DNA of 64,000 nucleotides from Paecilomyces variotii (Eukaryota): NCBI GenBank assembly GCA_004022145.1, contig RCNU01000002.1; one strand, 5' to 3'. Shown piece by piece: positions 63,169 to 64,000 of this stretch (position 1 is its first letter; each line of letters starts with the position of its first letter). The notes under the pieces were generated by a model. It saw only the letters and a program-made list of their open reading frames with translations, ran no database searches and was not told where the DNA came from. The position numbers and the translations under genes were made by a program.

Positions 63169-64000
63169 TATGTTGTTGGTGGTTGGTTGGTTGCGGGTAG
63201 GTATTCTTTCAAGATGCGGATTCGATGAAGGTAGGTGAAAGATCCAGAAAGTGCAGAAATCCGCCTTAAAGCACTTCTAGTTCAAATCGCAGATTTCCAA
63301 TTCCAGAAATAGTAAAAAAGATAAAAGTACAGTGATAGGTGTTATGCCGCGGTAATCCGCTCAACCGGCACAAAGTCCTCATCTTCGTCTTCTTGCATCA
63401 TCAGCCTTTCCGGTATAAATTTACGGCTGTCTATCAACACCATCAGCGCAGTTCAACCATTACTTAAACTTGCGTGATTCCAGCCCATGTCAATAACTAC
63501 TATGGTATGTAGCTAAGAGAGATCGACAGGCACAGAAAAGAGCTTCTATCCAATGAATAGGGTTAGAAAATATTCCATGAGGGAAAAAGAAAACAAGGCC
63601 AAGAAAATTCGGCGTCATCTGGATACCTCCAAGTTTACATATGAGAGAGAGAGAGAGAGAGTCTGGGGTCAGGTAGATAGCCCCATGTATTTCTTTTCCT
63701 TCTCCGCGCAACTTGAGTCTGTGTTATGTTAGCATGGGAATTTACTCAATACATACATGCTCTATCTCTGTATAACGAAGTATGCAGGACACGGATCGTG
63801 CAGAAATAAAATAAAAACATTAGATAGATGGAGTGTGCCCGTGTCTATATTTATTTATTACATAGACTTGAAACCCTAAAATGTATCAGCTCCGCTTTAA
63901 TTAGACACACCCACGAATAACTATATTTGTCCGATATTTCCAACACGCACCCATCCCGTGGCAGATGATGCAACGCGATCTAGATAAAGAAATCAACTAC

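Overview
Gene-dense, intron-containing DNA from a filamentous ascomycete (Eurotiales/Aspergillus-like, inferred from protein sequences and short GT-AG introns with CTRAC branch sites). Most of the window is housekeeping genes: Bye1-like PHD protein, WW/FF splicing factor, proteasome alpha3, Fmp52, sulfite reductase Met10, Trm7, Mak5, phytochrome, an HRI-like eIF2alpha kinase, a Zn2Cys6 factor and DNA polymerase delta. The standout is a compact, probably uncharacterised fungal RiPP (dikaritin/KEP-type) cluster at about 29.0-37.1 kb. It has a two-exon secreted precursor, missed by the ORF track, with three identical Kex2-flanked repeats DGTTEFDPDFGF (no Tyr). It also has two five-exon UstYa/DUF3328 oxidases, each with two HxxHC motifs, an FAD-dependent monooxygenase and a PTH11-like membrane protein. 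A repeat-rich orphan-gene island lies at about 58.8-62.0 kb. All assignments are from motif recognition by eye; no searches were run.
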